Assembly (NCBI RefSeq): GCF_004421185.1
Contig: NZ_LXQB01000010.1
Location: 1-24,000 of the forward strand
Length of the DNA stretch: 24,000 nt
Source of the DNA: Methylacidiphilum sp. Yel
Lineage (GTDB): Bacteria > Verrucomicrobiota > Verrucomicrobiia > Methylacidiphilales > Methylacidiphilaceae
Direction of reading: 5' to 3'
In this document: positions 10,652 through 18,674 of the stretch, piece by piece
How the letters are laid out: every line of letters begins with the position of its first letter
Numbering within the stretch: the first letter of the stretch is position 1
The notes under the pieces: model-generated
What the model was told of the DNA's origin: nothing
Seen by the model: the letters and a program-made list of their open reading frames with translations, nothing else
Database searches by the model: none
Made by a program: the position numbers and the translations under genes

Positions 10652-10660
10652 TCAGTCTCC
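10652..10660 (-). promoter_or_regulatory. Shine-Dalgarno element GGAGACUGA upstream of the Roadblock gene
   Basis: mRNA sense aaaaaaGGAGACTGAaacaATG. The same 9-mer recurs upstream of the GTPase ATG. Confidence 0.5.
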
Positions 10661-10697
10661 TTTTTTATATGGTTAAAATTAAAATAAAATTAAAACT

Positions 10698-10726
10698 TTC
10701 ATAATTGTCTTCTTGGCATAGATCAA
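10698..10726 (-). promoter_or_regulatory. weak candidate sigma70-like promoter in the GTPase-Roadblock spacer
   Basis: mRNA sense TTGATC, 17-nt spacer, TATGAA, in a 160-bp AT-rich gap. Several other AT-rich hexamer pairs are equally possible. Confidence 0.15.
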
Positions 10727-10807
10727 GAAAAATAGATGAATATTTTTTAATCCAACTTCATGATTTCTCAACAAGATAAAAAGGAATTTAACGATAGGCC
10801 CCTTACT

Positions 10808-11371
10808 TTATCCTTCTATTTCTTTTTCGATGATCTCAAACAATCTGACAAGAACATCGGTGGCACTATTTTCATCTAAAGCATTAATTCCTACACAGAG
10901 AAAAGGATCAATTTCAAGGTAGTCTGCAACCTCGGCAGGTGTCCAGACTTCAGCAAGATCTTGATGGGTTACTCCTAAAATATAGGGAATGGTTAATTCC
11001 GTTAGGAATTTGTCATGCATTTTTTTCAATAAAGGCAGTTGTTCAGGATCATGCCCTCCTACAAGCATAATGACCCCTAAGGCACCCTGCCTGAGGATAT
11101 CCCATGTAAAATCGAAACGATCTTGCCCTGGAGATCCAAATAGATGTATCGCATATCTATCCAGATTGAGGGATCCATAATCCATGGCCACTGTGGTTTC
11201 TTTTTTCCCTTTTGCGTTTGTACAAGGAACATCGGTTGTTAAAACTTCGGACTGGCTTATGGAACGAATAAAAGTAGTTTTTCCAGCTCCAGATGGACCC
11301 GTTACAAAAATTTTTATATTCTGATTTTTGTGGTTATTCATACATCTTTCTAAAGAAGTTTTTAAAACCAT
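10808..11371 (-). CDS. small Ras-like P-loop GTPase (MglA / CvnD / COG2229-like ATP/GTP-binding protein)
   Basis: G1 GPSGAGKT, G2 Thr in ETTVAMDYG, G3 FGSPGQDRF, G4-position THQD, G5-like NAL. ATG at 11371 has GGAG 8 nt upstream. An alternative ATG at 11341 (MNNHK...) overlaps the upstream stop as ATGAATAA. Confidence 0.8.
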   Translation of the reverse strand: MVLKTSLERCMNNHKNQNIKIFVTGPSGAGKTTFIRSISQSEVLTTDVPCTNAKGKKETTVAMDYGSLNLDRYAIHLFGSPGQDRFDFTWDILRQGALGVIMLVGGHDPEQLPLLKKMHDKFLTELTIPYILGVTHQDLAEVWTPAEVADYLEIDPFLCVGINALDENSATDVLVRLFEIIEKEIEG

Positions 11372-12134
11372 AAATCAGTCTCCGGAGCAACCCTTTTTTA
11401 ATATCTTGTTGATCAGATTGATAAATTTGGATAGCAGTAGTCGAAGATTCGGAAGGGAGAGGTGGCGGTTTGGAGCCTATCGCAGCAGAATCAGAACCAA
11501 GATGTATATTAGTATGGTGGGATTCAATGCTGTTTAAATCAGATTGATCGGAAATAGGTAAATAAAAAGTCCTTTTTTTGCTTGCTGTCTTGATCATGTT
11601 CAACAGTCGTAAAGTATAGATATGAAATAAGATGTCTTCGAGCTCGATGGGAAGATTTTTGGCTAATTCCTTTGCACTAGTGCCTTTGGCAAAAAAGGGT
11701 TCCGCTTCTATCCAAAAAGAAAAAAATTCACTGCCTATCCAACTTGGGTCATTGCCTGTGGAAAGAAAAACAGTTTCTGGATCTGGAAAAAAAATAGGCA
11801 GATTCTTTTGATACATTGTCCGAAGAGAATGCAAAGAGGCGATGATAAGCTGCACGGCTGGCAGGGAAAAAGAAACATCATCTTCTTGTAGTTCTACTTC
11901 CTTAAAAATAAAAAAACTCTCTTCTTTTTGGGATAATTCCAGAAGCATCGATTTGAGTGCAAAGGTATCCCCAATTGGATTATCTTGTTTTTTGGCACCT
12001 AAAAATAGCCGTCTTGCAAAGCGAAAGCTATAGAGATTATTTTCTGGGGATTTTATTTCTAAAACACCGCTTTTTTCCCCTATTATTCTAACAATTTGAG
12101 GAAGCGGAATCGATTTTATTTTCCCAAAGAGCAT
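11334..12134 (-). CDS. DUF4388 (PATAN-like) domain protein with disordered linker and basic amphipathic C-terminus
   Basis: 266 aa. The N-terminus LFGKIKSIPLPQIVRIIGEKSGVLEI...FRFARRLFLGA fits the DUF4388 pattern (G-x-L-x2-hydrophobic-x-L-x2-hydrophobic-x-hydrophobic-x3-K/R-S/T-G-x-L). The assignment is from memory of the family consensus, not a search. Confidence 0.6.
   Translation of the reverse strand: MLFGKIKSIPLPQIVRIIGEKSGVLEIKSPENNLYSFRFARRLFLGAKKQDNPIGDTFALKSMLLELSQKEESFFIFKEVELQEDDVSFSLPAVQLIIASLHSLRTMYQKNLPIFFPDPETVFLSTGNDPSWIGSEFFSFWIEAEPFFAKGTSAKELAKNLPIELEDILFHIYTLRLLNMIKTASKKRTFYLPISDQSDLNSIESHHTNIHLGSDSAAIGSKPPPLPSESSTTAIQIYQSDQQDIKKGLLRRLIYGFKNFFRKMYE
11375..11383 (-). promoter_or_regulatory. 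Shine-Dalgarno element GGAGACUGA upstream of the GTPase gene (inside the 3' end of the DUF4388 gene)
   Basis: mRNA sense ctccGGAGACTGAtttATG, identical as a 9-mer to the Roadblock initiation region. Confidence 0.45.
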
Positions 12135-12400
12135 ATTTTGTTGTAAACTTAGCTTGTATTTGAATAAATTTTAACAAAAAGAAACAAAGAAAAAATTTTA
12201 TTCTTGTCTTTTTTGCCTTTATCTTTTTGGCTGTGGCTATTTCAAAGCATTTTCAAGGATAGTAATTTCTTAGAATTAATAAATTAAAAAAAAATATTAA
12301 TAATTACCATATTTTCCTAGACTACTAAAAGTCATTTCTATTTTGCCTTCCACTCTATAAATGAATAAATTAATCCTTTTAATAATTAATTAATAAGAAA

Positions 12401-13285
12401 ATGGAAAACAAAAATTTTCCAATTTATTCTCTTCCAGATTTTCTTCTAAAAGAAGTCATCAAACGTTCTTTAGAAGAAGATATTGAAAATGGGGATTTAA
12501 CTTCCTCTCTCTTAATACCTAGAAATGAAAAAGCAAAGGCGCATATCATTGTCCGAGAAGAGGCAGTGTTAAGTGGTCTTGAAGTGGCTTGTCAGGTATT
12601 TTCTTATATCGATTCTTCTCTTCATTGCGTTTCTTTTTTTATCGATGGTCAAAAAGTAGAAAAAAACACTCCCATTATTGAAATTAGTGGGAATGCTCAA
12701 GCAATTTTGATGGGAGAAAGAGTGGCTCTAAATTTTTTGTCTCATCTTTGCGGCATTGCCACATTGACATATCGTTTTGTTGAGGTTCTTCGAGAATCAA
12801 AGACAAAAATTCTTGATACACGAAAAACTCTTCCTGGCCTTCGGTTCTTACAGAAATACGCTGTCTTGTGTGGGGGAGGAGCAAATCATAGATATTCTCT
12901 TAGTGAGCACGTTCTTATTAAAGATAACCATTTAAGTCTTATAAGAAGAAAGATGGGAGAAAGCTGGCTTGAATGGTTGCAAAAAAAGATCACTACCATC
13001 CGGCAACACAAGCCATTAGTCAGAATAGAAATTGAAACTAAAACTTTAGAGGAACTCTGCTGTATTTGTACTTTATCCCCAGATATAATAATGCTTGACA
13101 ATATGGAGCTTAATCAGATTTCAGAAGCGATAAAAATTATAAATCATAAGGCTCTAGTTGAAGTATCTGGAAGAGTCAATTTAGAAAAGTTACAAGCAGT
13201 GGCTCGATTAGGAGTTGATTTTGTCTCCCTTGGGCTTCTTACACATAGTGCTCCAGCTGTAGATATTTCCATGGATATTCTTTGA
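12401..13285 (+). CDS. nadC: nicotinate-nucleotide pyrophosphorylase (quinolinate phosphoribosyltransferase)
   Basis: 294 aa. LDTRKTLPGLRFLQKYAVLCGGGANHRYSLSEHVLIKDNH is the QPRTase core motif; C-terminal VEVSGRV...GVDFVSLGLLTHS. Confidence 0.92.
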   Translation: MENKNFPIYSLPDFLLKEVIKRSLEEDIENGDLTSSLLIPRNEKAKAHIIVREEAVLSGLEVACQVFSYIDSSLHCVSFFIDGQKVEKNTPIIEISGNAQAILMGERVALNFLSHLCGIATLTYRFVEVLRESKTKILDTRKTLPGLRFLQKYAVLCGGGANHRYSLSEHVLIKDNHLSLIRRKMGESWLEWLQKKITTIRQHKPLVRIEIETKTLEELCCICTLSPDIIMLDNMELNQISEAIKIINHKALVEVSGRVNLEKLQAVARLGVDFVSLGLLTHSAPAVDISMDIL

Positions 13286-13423
13286 TCAAATTGCTGAAAC
13301 TACAAGAGATTCTATCTGAAAGCAGTTGATTTTTGCCTTTTTAACAGTCATCTTAGAAAAACCATTAATTTTGTTTGAAAGTCACAAATACAAAATGCGT
13401 TTTTTACCGAAACGAAAAATACA

Positions 13424-14134
13424 ATGAAAAAAGATAAGATGGTTTTATTGAAAGACTTTTCTTCCAATGATTTTTTCAAGACGTTGCCTTGGTTGACTCA
13501 AGCTTTAGTCACCTTCCTTTTTATTGTTTATTTTATTCAGATCACCTTTTTGTTCATTTTTGGCTCCACTTGGTTTAGATCTTCTTTTGCTTTGACAACA
13601 GAAGGCGTCGCCCATGGCAAGATTTGGGAATTTTTCACCTATGCCTTTCTCCATGATGAACTCGAACCACTCCATCTTCTAACCAATGCCATAGCCATTT
13701 ATTTTCTTGGAAACCAACTTGAGAAAGTTCTTGGGCATTTCAGGCTGGCGCTTCTTTTTGTTGGTGGAGCCATTGCTGGAGGATTGGGGTGGTATTTTTT
13801 TGGAGGGCCCATGCATGAGCCAGGTTTGATAGGAGCCAGTGGCGTGGTATTTTCCTTTTTGCTCGCTTTTGCTTTTTGTCTTCAAGAAATATGGATAAGA
13901 TTTTTGACTTTCCATTATGATATTCAATCAAATCGGTTTATTTTTAACCCTACCTTTTTTCTTTCCATTCAAGTCGTTGTGCTTATATTCGTCATTTTTG
14001 AAGCTATTTGCCTTGTCTTTGACATTCCAACTGGCTCTTCCCATACTGCCCATTTGGCTGGGGCTATATTTGGATATCTTTATGTTAGGCTTTGGCCAAT
14101 AAAGCCACTGGCTAACACGAAAAGTTCTTCTTAA
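13424..14134 (+). CDS. rhomboid-family intramembrane serine protease
   Basis: 236 aa, polytopic. Catalytic GASGVVFSFL (GxSG) and downstream HTAHLAGAIFGYLY (His), plus the AFLHDELEPLHLLTNA region typical of rhomboids. Confidence 0.85.
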   Translation: MKKDKMVLLKDFSSNDFFKTLPWLTQALVTFLFIVYFIQITFLFIFGSTWFRSSFALTTEGVAHGKIWEFFTYAFLHDELEPLHLLTNAIAIYFLGNQLEKVLGHFRLALLFVGGAIAGGLGWYFFGGPMHEPGLIGASGVVFSFLLAFAFCLQEIWIRFLTFHYDIQSNRFIFNPTFFLSIQVVVLIFVIFEAICLVFDIPTGSSHTAHLAGAIFGYLYVRLWPIKPLANTKSSS

Positions 14135-14147
14135 GTCATTTTGACGG

Positions 14148-15050
14148 ATGCTTTCAGTGAGAGCAACTAATCAAAAAAAACGATGGTTCGTCAAAGTCCC
14201 TGCGACCACCACAAATTTTGGTCCTGGTTTTGATACCTTCGGAGCAGCTCTTAGTCTCTATAATGAATTTATTATTGAAGCCATCGACGATTCTTTTTCT
14301 TCCCCTGACCCATACCATCCAATGGTTTTTGAAACAGTTAAGGCTTTTGAAAAGAAAATTCAATCTGCTGCCATCCCCTTTAAATGGTCTCTAAAATCAC
14401 ACATTCCTCAAGCTCGTGGGCTTGGAAGTAGTGCATCCATCCGTTTAGGTATCTTGGCTGGTTTGAATGCGCTCTCAAGCAATCCTTTAAACAGAGAAGA
14501 ACTTCTTGAGATCGCTTCGCAACTCGAAGGGCATCCAGATAATGTTACCCCGGCTCTCTTTGGAGGTTTTACCATATGTGGCCCAGCCAAAATTTTACGA
14601 TGTCGGATTGAAAGTAAGCTTTTTTTCGTTGCAATTGTGCCTCAAATCGAAATACCCACGGAGTTATCAAGAAGCATCCTGCCTACTAAAATTAAATTAA
14701 AGGAAGCCATCCAGAATCTGCAACGTGCCACTTTAATGGCAATTTGCTTTTTTCAAAAGAAATATGAAGCTCTTTCGGGATTGTTTGTCGATTATTTTCA
14801 TGAGCCATATCGGCTTCCAGCTATTCCTTTTTGGGAAAAGCTCAGAGATACTTCTTTAAAAGCTGGTGCTTTGGGATTTTATTTGAGTGGATCAGGCTCA
14901 ACGTTGATGTCCCTTGCTTATAAAAATCCAACCAATGTTGTGCAAGCCTTAAAAGAAGAATTATTAAAGTTGGCTATTCCTGGTGAAATCTTAGTTTTAA
15001 AACCTGATAACTTTGGTTTGCGTATTGCTCATTTGGATAAGTCCATATAG
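14148..15050 (+). CDS. thrB: homoserine kinase
   Basis: 300 aa. N-terminal VPATTTNFGPGFD, GHMP-kinase motif PQARGLGSSASIRLG, GHPDNVTPALFGG, SGSGSTLMSL. Confidence 0.9.
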   Translation: MLSVRATNQKKRWFVKVPATTTNFGPGFDTFGAALSLYNEFIIEAIDDSFSSPDPYHPMVFETVKAFEKKIQSAAIPFKWSLKSHIPQARGLGSSASIRLGILAGLNALSSNPLNREELLEIASQLEGHPDNVTPALFGGFTICGPAKILRCRIESKLFFVAIVPQIEIPTELSRSILPTKIKLKEAIQNLQRATLMAICFFQKKYEALSGLFVDYFHEPYRLPAIPFWEKLRDTSLKAGALGFYLSGSGSTLMSLAYKNPTNVVQALKEELLKLAIPGEILVLKPDNFGLRIAHLDKSI

Positions 15051-15214
15051 AAAAATGAATAAAAAACTCTTGTAGGAGACACAAGCGTCATAAATATTCA
15101 AAAAAAATAGCAAATAAATAGATTTGATCTCTGCTGCAAGAAACTAACTGCCACGAACATTAAAACCAACATAGTATAATTCCAATTGATTTATACTTGA
15201 GATAACAACACGAC

Positions 15215-15808
15215 TTGCTACTTATAGGAAAATCAAGCAAATGGTTGAAACCAGTGAAGGAAATCGTTTTGGTTTGTTTGCTAAGCCTCTTTATACTTTG
15301 CCAATTAATGGGGGCGGAAGAAGAGCTCAATTTCGCTCCACTATCTAAAGAAGAGCTTTTTCAGTCTCAACCTCCTCCCCTGAAACAAACCTCTACTACA
15401 AAGACCGGAGAAATGATTCAACATGGAAAGTATTTGGTGGAAGCAGTGGCACTTTGTGCGGAGTGCCATACACCAAGAGATAGCAATGGACAGCTCATTA
15501 TGGATAAATGGCTTCAAGGTTCCCCTTTACAATGGGTGGAGCAATCGGGCCAAAAAGAATGGGCTTCGTATGCTGGATCCCTAGTTGGTTTGCCTGAGGG
15601 ATGGAAAGAGTCAGATATGGTACAGTACCTGGAAACAGGTATACTACCTAGAGGCGGCTATTCCAGACTTCCTATGCCTCCCTATCGAATGAGTCACAAA
15701 GATGCCCTGGCCATTACTCTTTATTTGGAAAGTTTAAGTGAGCAAAATACTAAAAGAGATGCTTTTATAAATAAACCAGAGAATGAGCTTCAATCTATTG
15801 AAAAATAA
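15215..15808 (+). CDS. secreted mono-haem c-type cytochrome
   Basis: 197 aa. Signal-peptide-like IVLVCLLSLFILCQLMGAEEE, one CxxCH (CAECH), distal Met candidate in LPMPPY. The track start at 15215 is a TTG; in-frame TTG (15245) and GTG (15254) are alternatives, so the start is uncertain. Confidence 0.75.
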   Translation: MLLIGKSSKWLKPVKEIVLVCLLSLFILCQLMGAEEELNFAPLSKEELFQSQPPPLKQTSTTKTGEMIQHGKYLVEAVALCAECHTPRDSNGQLIMDKWLQGSPLQWVEQSGQKEWASYAGSLVGLPEGWKESDMVQYLETGILPRGGYSRLPMPPYRMSHKDALAITLYLESLSEQNTKRDAFINKPENELQSIEK

Positions 15809-15863
15809 TAATAAGTTATAGAACAAGTGTGACTATAAAATAGTATGTAGATATACAAGAGAG

Positions 15864-16808
15864 CTAAGGGCATGAAAGAGCTTTTAAATGACTCTTAATA
15901 GAGTTATAGAGACTTTCCGTATTATATCCTCCTTCCAAAACAGAAATTATTTTGCCTTCACAATGTTTTTGTGCAGCATTTTTTAGAAGTAGGGTCATTG
16001 TTTCATACCCCTGTTCAGTAAGATAGATTTCCCCTAATGGATCGTCTTTATGTGCGTCGAAACCAGCAGAAATAAAAATGATTTCCGGTTTGTATCTATC
16101 AATAGCTGGGAGGACTTTTGCATGAAAAGCTTCTTCATATTCTTTGTCCGTAGCTCCCCTATGCATGCATATATTCATTGTATAGCCCTCTCCTGCCCCT
16201 TTCCCAATATCGCTTGCTTTTCCAGTTCCAGGATAATATGGAAATTGGTGCAAGCTAATAAAATAAACTTGGGGATCTTCATAGAAAATCTCTTGCGTCC
16301 CATTCCCATGATGCACATCCCAGTCTAAGATTAAAATTCTCTTTATCCCATAATTTTTTATTGCGTAGCGAGCGGCAATTCCAACGGTATTAAATATGCA
16401 AAAACCCATGGCTGAGTTGGGAAGGGCATGGTGTCCGGGAGGTCTTACGAAGCAAAAGGCATTTTTTATTTGCTTAGTAATCACTTTATCTACTGCTTCT
16501 AAAGCTGCACCCACAGCTAATAGAGCAACCTCAAAGGAAGGACCATGGGCAAAAGTGTCTCCCCAATCTAATAAAACCATAGGACCGAACTGAGTTTTTT
16601 TTACTTTTTCCACATACTCTTGGGTATGAACGGTTAACACCCACTCTAAAGAGGCCGGCGAAGGTTCTATCCATAGCAGGGAATCACCAAATGCATCTTT
16701 GAGTTTAGGAAGAACAGAACTGATACGATTAGAAGCGTCTGGATGTCCAGAGGGGGGAGCATGCAGGGCAAATTTTTCGCTGGTTATTATAGCTGTTTTT
16801 AGATCCAT
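15864..16808 (-). CDS. histone deacetylase-family (class II HDAC / acetoin-utilisation AcuC / acetylpolyamine amidohydrolase-like) deacetylase
   Basis: 314 aa. RPPGHHA, DWDVHHGNGTQ, SAGFDAHKDDPLG, LEGGYN are the complete Zn-dependent deacetylase motifs. Confidence 0.9.
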   Translation of the reverse strand: MDLKTAIITSEKFALHAPPSGHPDASNRISSVLPKLKDAFGDSLLWIEPSPASLEWVLTVHTQEYVEKVKKTQFGPMVLLDWGDTFAHGPSFEVALLAVGAALEAVDKVITKQIKNAFCFVRPPGHHALPNSAMGFCIFNTVGIAARYAIKNYGIKRILILDWDVHHGNGTQEIFYEDPQVYFISLHQFPYYPGTGKASDIGKGAGEGYTMNICMHRGATDKEYEEAFHAKVLPAIDRYKPEIIFISAGFDAHKDDPLGEIYLTEQGYETMTLLLKNAAQKHCEGKIISVLEGGYNTESLYNSIKSHLKALSCP

Positions 16809-16846
16809 ATTTAAGAATTATTCTATATTTCTCTGTTGAAGCAAGC

Positions 16847-17734
16847 ATGAACAATGTTAACATCACTTTCTCAAAAGGATTTAACATGAACTTAATGGAA
16901 ATTACCTTAGGTCATTCGCCGGATGCTGACGATGCATTTATGTTTTATGCCATTTCAAAGAAAAAAATCTCCACTCAGAACTATGTGTTTAAGGAGCTAA
17001 TAGTCGACATTGAAACACTGAATAATTTGGCTTTTTCTGAAAAGATCGACCTAACAGCCTTGTCCATCTATGCGTATTGTAAGGTAGCAAAAAACTATCT
17101 GCTTATGTCTTGTGGGGCAAGTATGGGCGAAGGCTATGGACCAAGACTCATAGCAAAACAATACTTTGATAAGAAAGAAATGGTGGACAAAAAGATAGCA
17201 GTACCAGGTTTGAATACTAGTGCCTGTTTGGTTCTCTCCCTATATTTTGAGAAAAAACCAACGGAATTAAATCTCTTCGTTTGTCCATTTGATAAAATAT
17301 TTGATGTGGTCAAGAGTGGATCTGCTGATGTGGGCTTGATTATCCATGAAGGGCAGCTTTCTTATGTATTGGAAGGCTTGGTGTTATGTGAAGATTTGGG
17401 AAAGTGGTGGAAAAAGGATACTGGACTACCATTACCACTGGGGGGGAATGCTATACGGCGCTCCTTGGGAATGGATAGGTGCAGAGAGCTGCAATCGATT
17501 GTAAAAGAAAGTATCCGGTGGGCATTGGGAAACCGTGAGGAAGCTATCAGCTATGCAAGAAAGTTTAATAGGGGCAGTCAGGATTCAATGGTCGAGGAAT
17601 TTGTAGGGATGTATGTTAATGAGAGGACGTTGGATTATGGTCCAGAAGGGAGGGCAGCGGTTTCTGAGTTTATTCAAAGAGGAAAATCTCTTGGGGTTGT
17701 GGATCAGAATTTGAAAATTGAATTTGTAGAATGA
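16847..17734 (+). CDS. MqnA/MqnD-family (futalosine-pathway menaquinone biosynthesis, periplasmic-binding-protein fold) protein
   Basis: ITLGHSPDADDAFMFYAI resembles the MqnD-type SPCPNDTF motif, and the length fits. The more likely start is the ATG at 16886 (MNLMEITLGH, AAGGA 8 nt upstream). I cannot tell from the sequence alone whether it is MqnA or MqnD. Confidence 0.55.
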   Translation: MNNVNITFSKGFNMNLMEITLGHSPDADDAFMFYAISKKKISTQNYVFKELIVDIETLNNLAFSEKIDLTALSIYAYCKVAKNYLLMSCGASMGEGYGPRLIAKQYFDKKEMVDKKIAVPGLNTSACLVLSLYFEKKPTELNLFVCPFDKIFDVVKSGSADVGLIIHEGQLSYVLEGLVLCEDLGKWWKKDTGLPLPLGGNAIRRSLGMDRCRELQSIVKESIRWALGNREEAISYARKFNRGSQDSMVEEFVGMYVNERTLDYGPEGRAAVSEFIQRGKSLGVVDQNLKIEFVE

Positions 17735-17794
17735 AAAAGTCTTCGGTTTTTACATCAGCTTTTGCAATAAAGCTCTTATGTTGCATATTAAACC

Positions 17795-18589
17795 ATGGAT
17801 TGTATAGCTACAAAGAGTGATTTTGTCATTGCCGGCAAGCATTTTCAATCGCGTCTTCTTATTGGGACTGGAAAGTTTGGTTCTCATTTACAAATGGCTC
17901 AAGCTTTGGAAGCTAGTGGGAGTCAAATTGTGACTGTTGCTCTGAGAAGAGTGGAAATAGGTTCCCATAAAAAAGAAGAGGACATCTTGTCTTTCATTGA
18001 TTCAGAAAAATATCTGATAGTCATTAATACGAGTGGAGCAATGGATGCTGAAGAAGCGATACGAATAGCAAAAATCGCTGAAAAAGCGGGTTTGCCCAAA
18101 TGGATAAAACTTGAAATTCACCCTGACCCTCGGTATTTGTTGCCCGATCCGATTGAGACTTTGAAGGCTACAGAGCGGTTAGTTAAAGATGGTTTTGTTG
18201 TCTTGCCTTATATTAATGCAGATCCAGTGCTTGCAAAAAGACTAGAAGAAGTTGGCTCCGCTGCCGTTATGCCTCTTGGCTCTCCGATTGGTTCGATGAG
18301 AGGATTGGAAACTCGATCACAGCTTGAAATTATTATAGAACAGGCAAGTGTGCCGGTGATTATTGATGCTGGAATCGGAAAGCCTTCACATGCGGCATTG
18401 GCCATGGAAATGGGTGCTGATGGAGTGCTTATTAATACGGCTATTGCTATTGCTGAGGATCCTCTTCAGATGGCTTTGGCTTTTAAAAATGCTGTGGTAG
18501 CCGGAAGAATTGCTTATGAGTATGGATCTGGACAAGTCTCTAAATTTGCAATGGCTACTAGCCCAATAGAATCTTTCCTTTGGAAATGA
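17795..18589 (+). CDS. thiG: thiazole synthase
   Basis: 264 aa. [16 protein letters not shown] (Schiff-base Lys region), [40 protein letters not shown]. Confidence 0.93.
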   Translation: MDCIATKSDFVIAGKHFQSRLLIGTGKFGSHLQMAQALEASGSQIVTVALRRVEIGSHKKEEDILSFIDSEKYLIVINTSGAMDAEEAIRIAKIAEKAGLPKWIKLEIHPDPRYLLPDPIETLKATERLVKDGFVVLPYINADPVLAKRLEEVGSAAVMPLGSPIGSMRGLETRSQLEIIIEQASVPVIIDAGIGKPSHAALAMEMGADGVLINTAIAIAEDPLQMALAFKNAVVAGRIAYEYGSGQVSKFAMATSPIESFLWK

Positions 18590-18598
18590 CTTCAGTTG

Positions 18599-18614
18599 AG
18601 GCAGCTCACTGCCT
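18599..18614 (+). terminator. short hairpin between convergent thiG and dnaB
   Basis: AGGCAG (18599-18604), loop CTCA, CTGCCT (18609-18614), followed by ATAGCTTTTAT. The stem is only 6 bp and the U-tract is poor. Confidence 0.3.
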
Positions 18615-18674
18615 ATAGCTTTTATGGCTATCTTCTCCAAATCATAATTAGGTGGGGAAGCTTTTTCCTTTCTT

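Noticed and set aside
13395-13427. 10-codon upstream ORF (MRFLPKRKIQ*) whose TGA overlaps the rhomboid ATG as ATGA
   Set aside because: It has no SD and no recognisable leader-peptide logic. Short ORFs like this are expected by chance in AT-rich spacers.
17735-17794. TPP riboswitch upstream of thiG
   Set aside because: Only 60 nt are available, and the conserved CUGAGA / ACCUGA elements of the THI box are absent.
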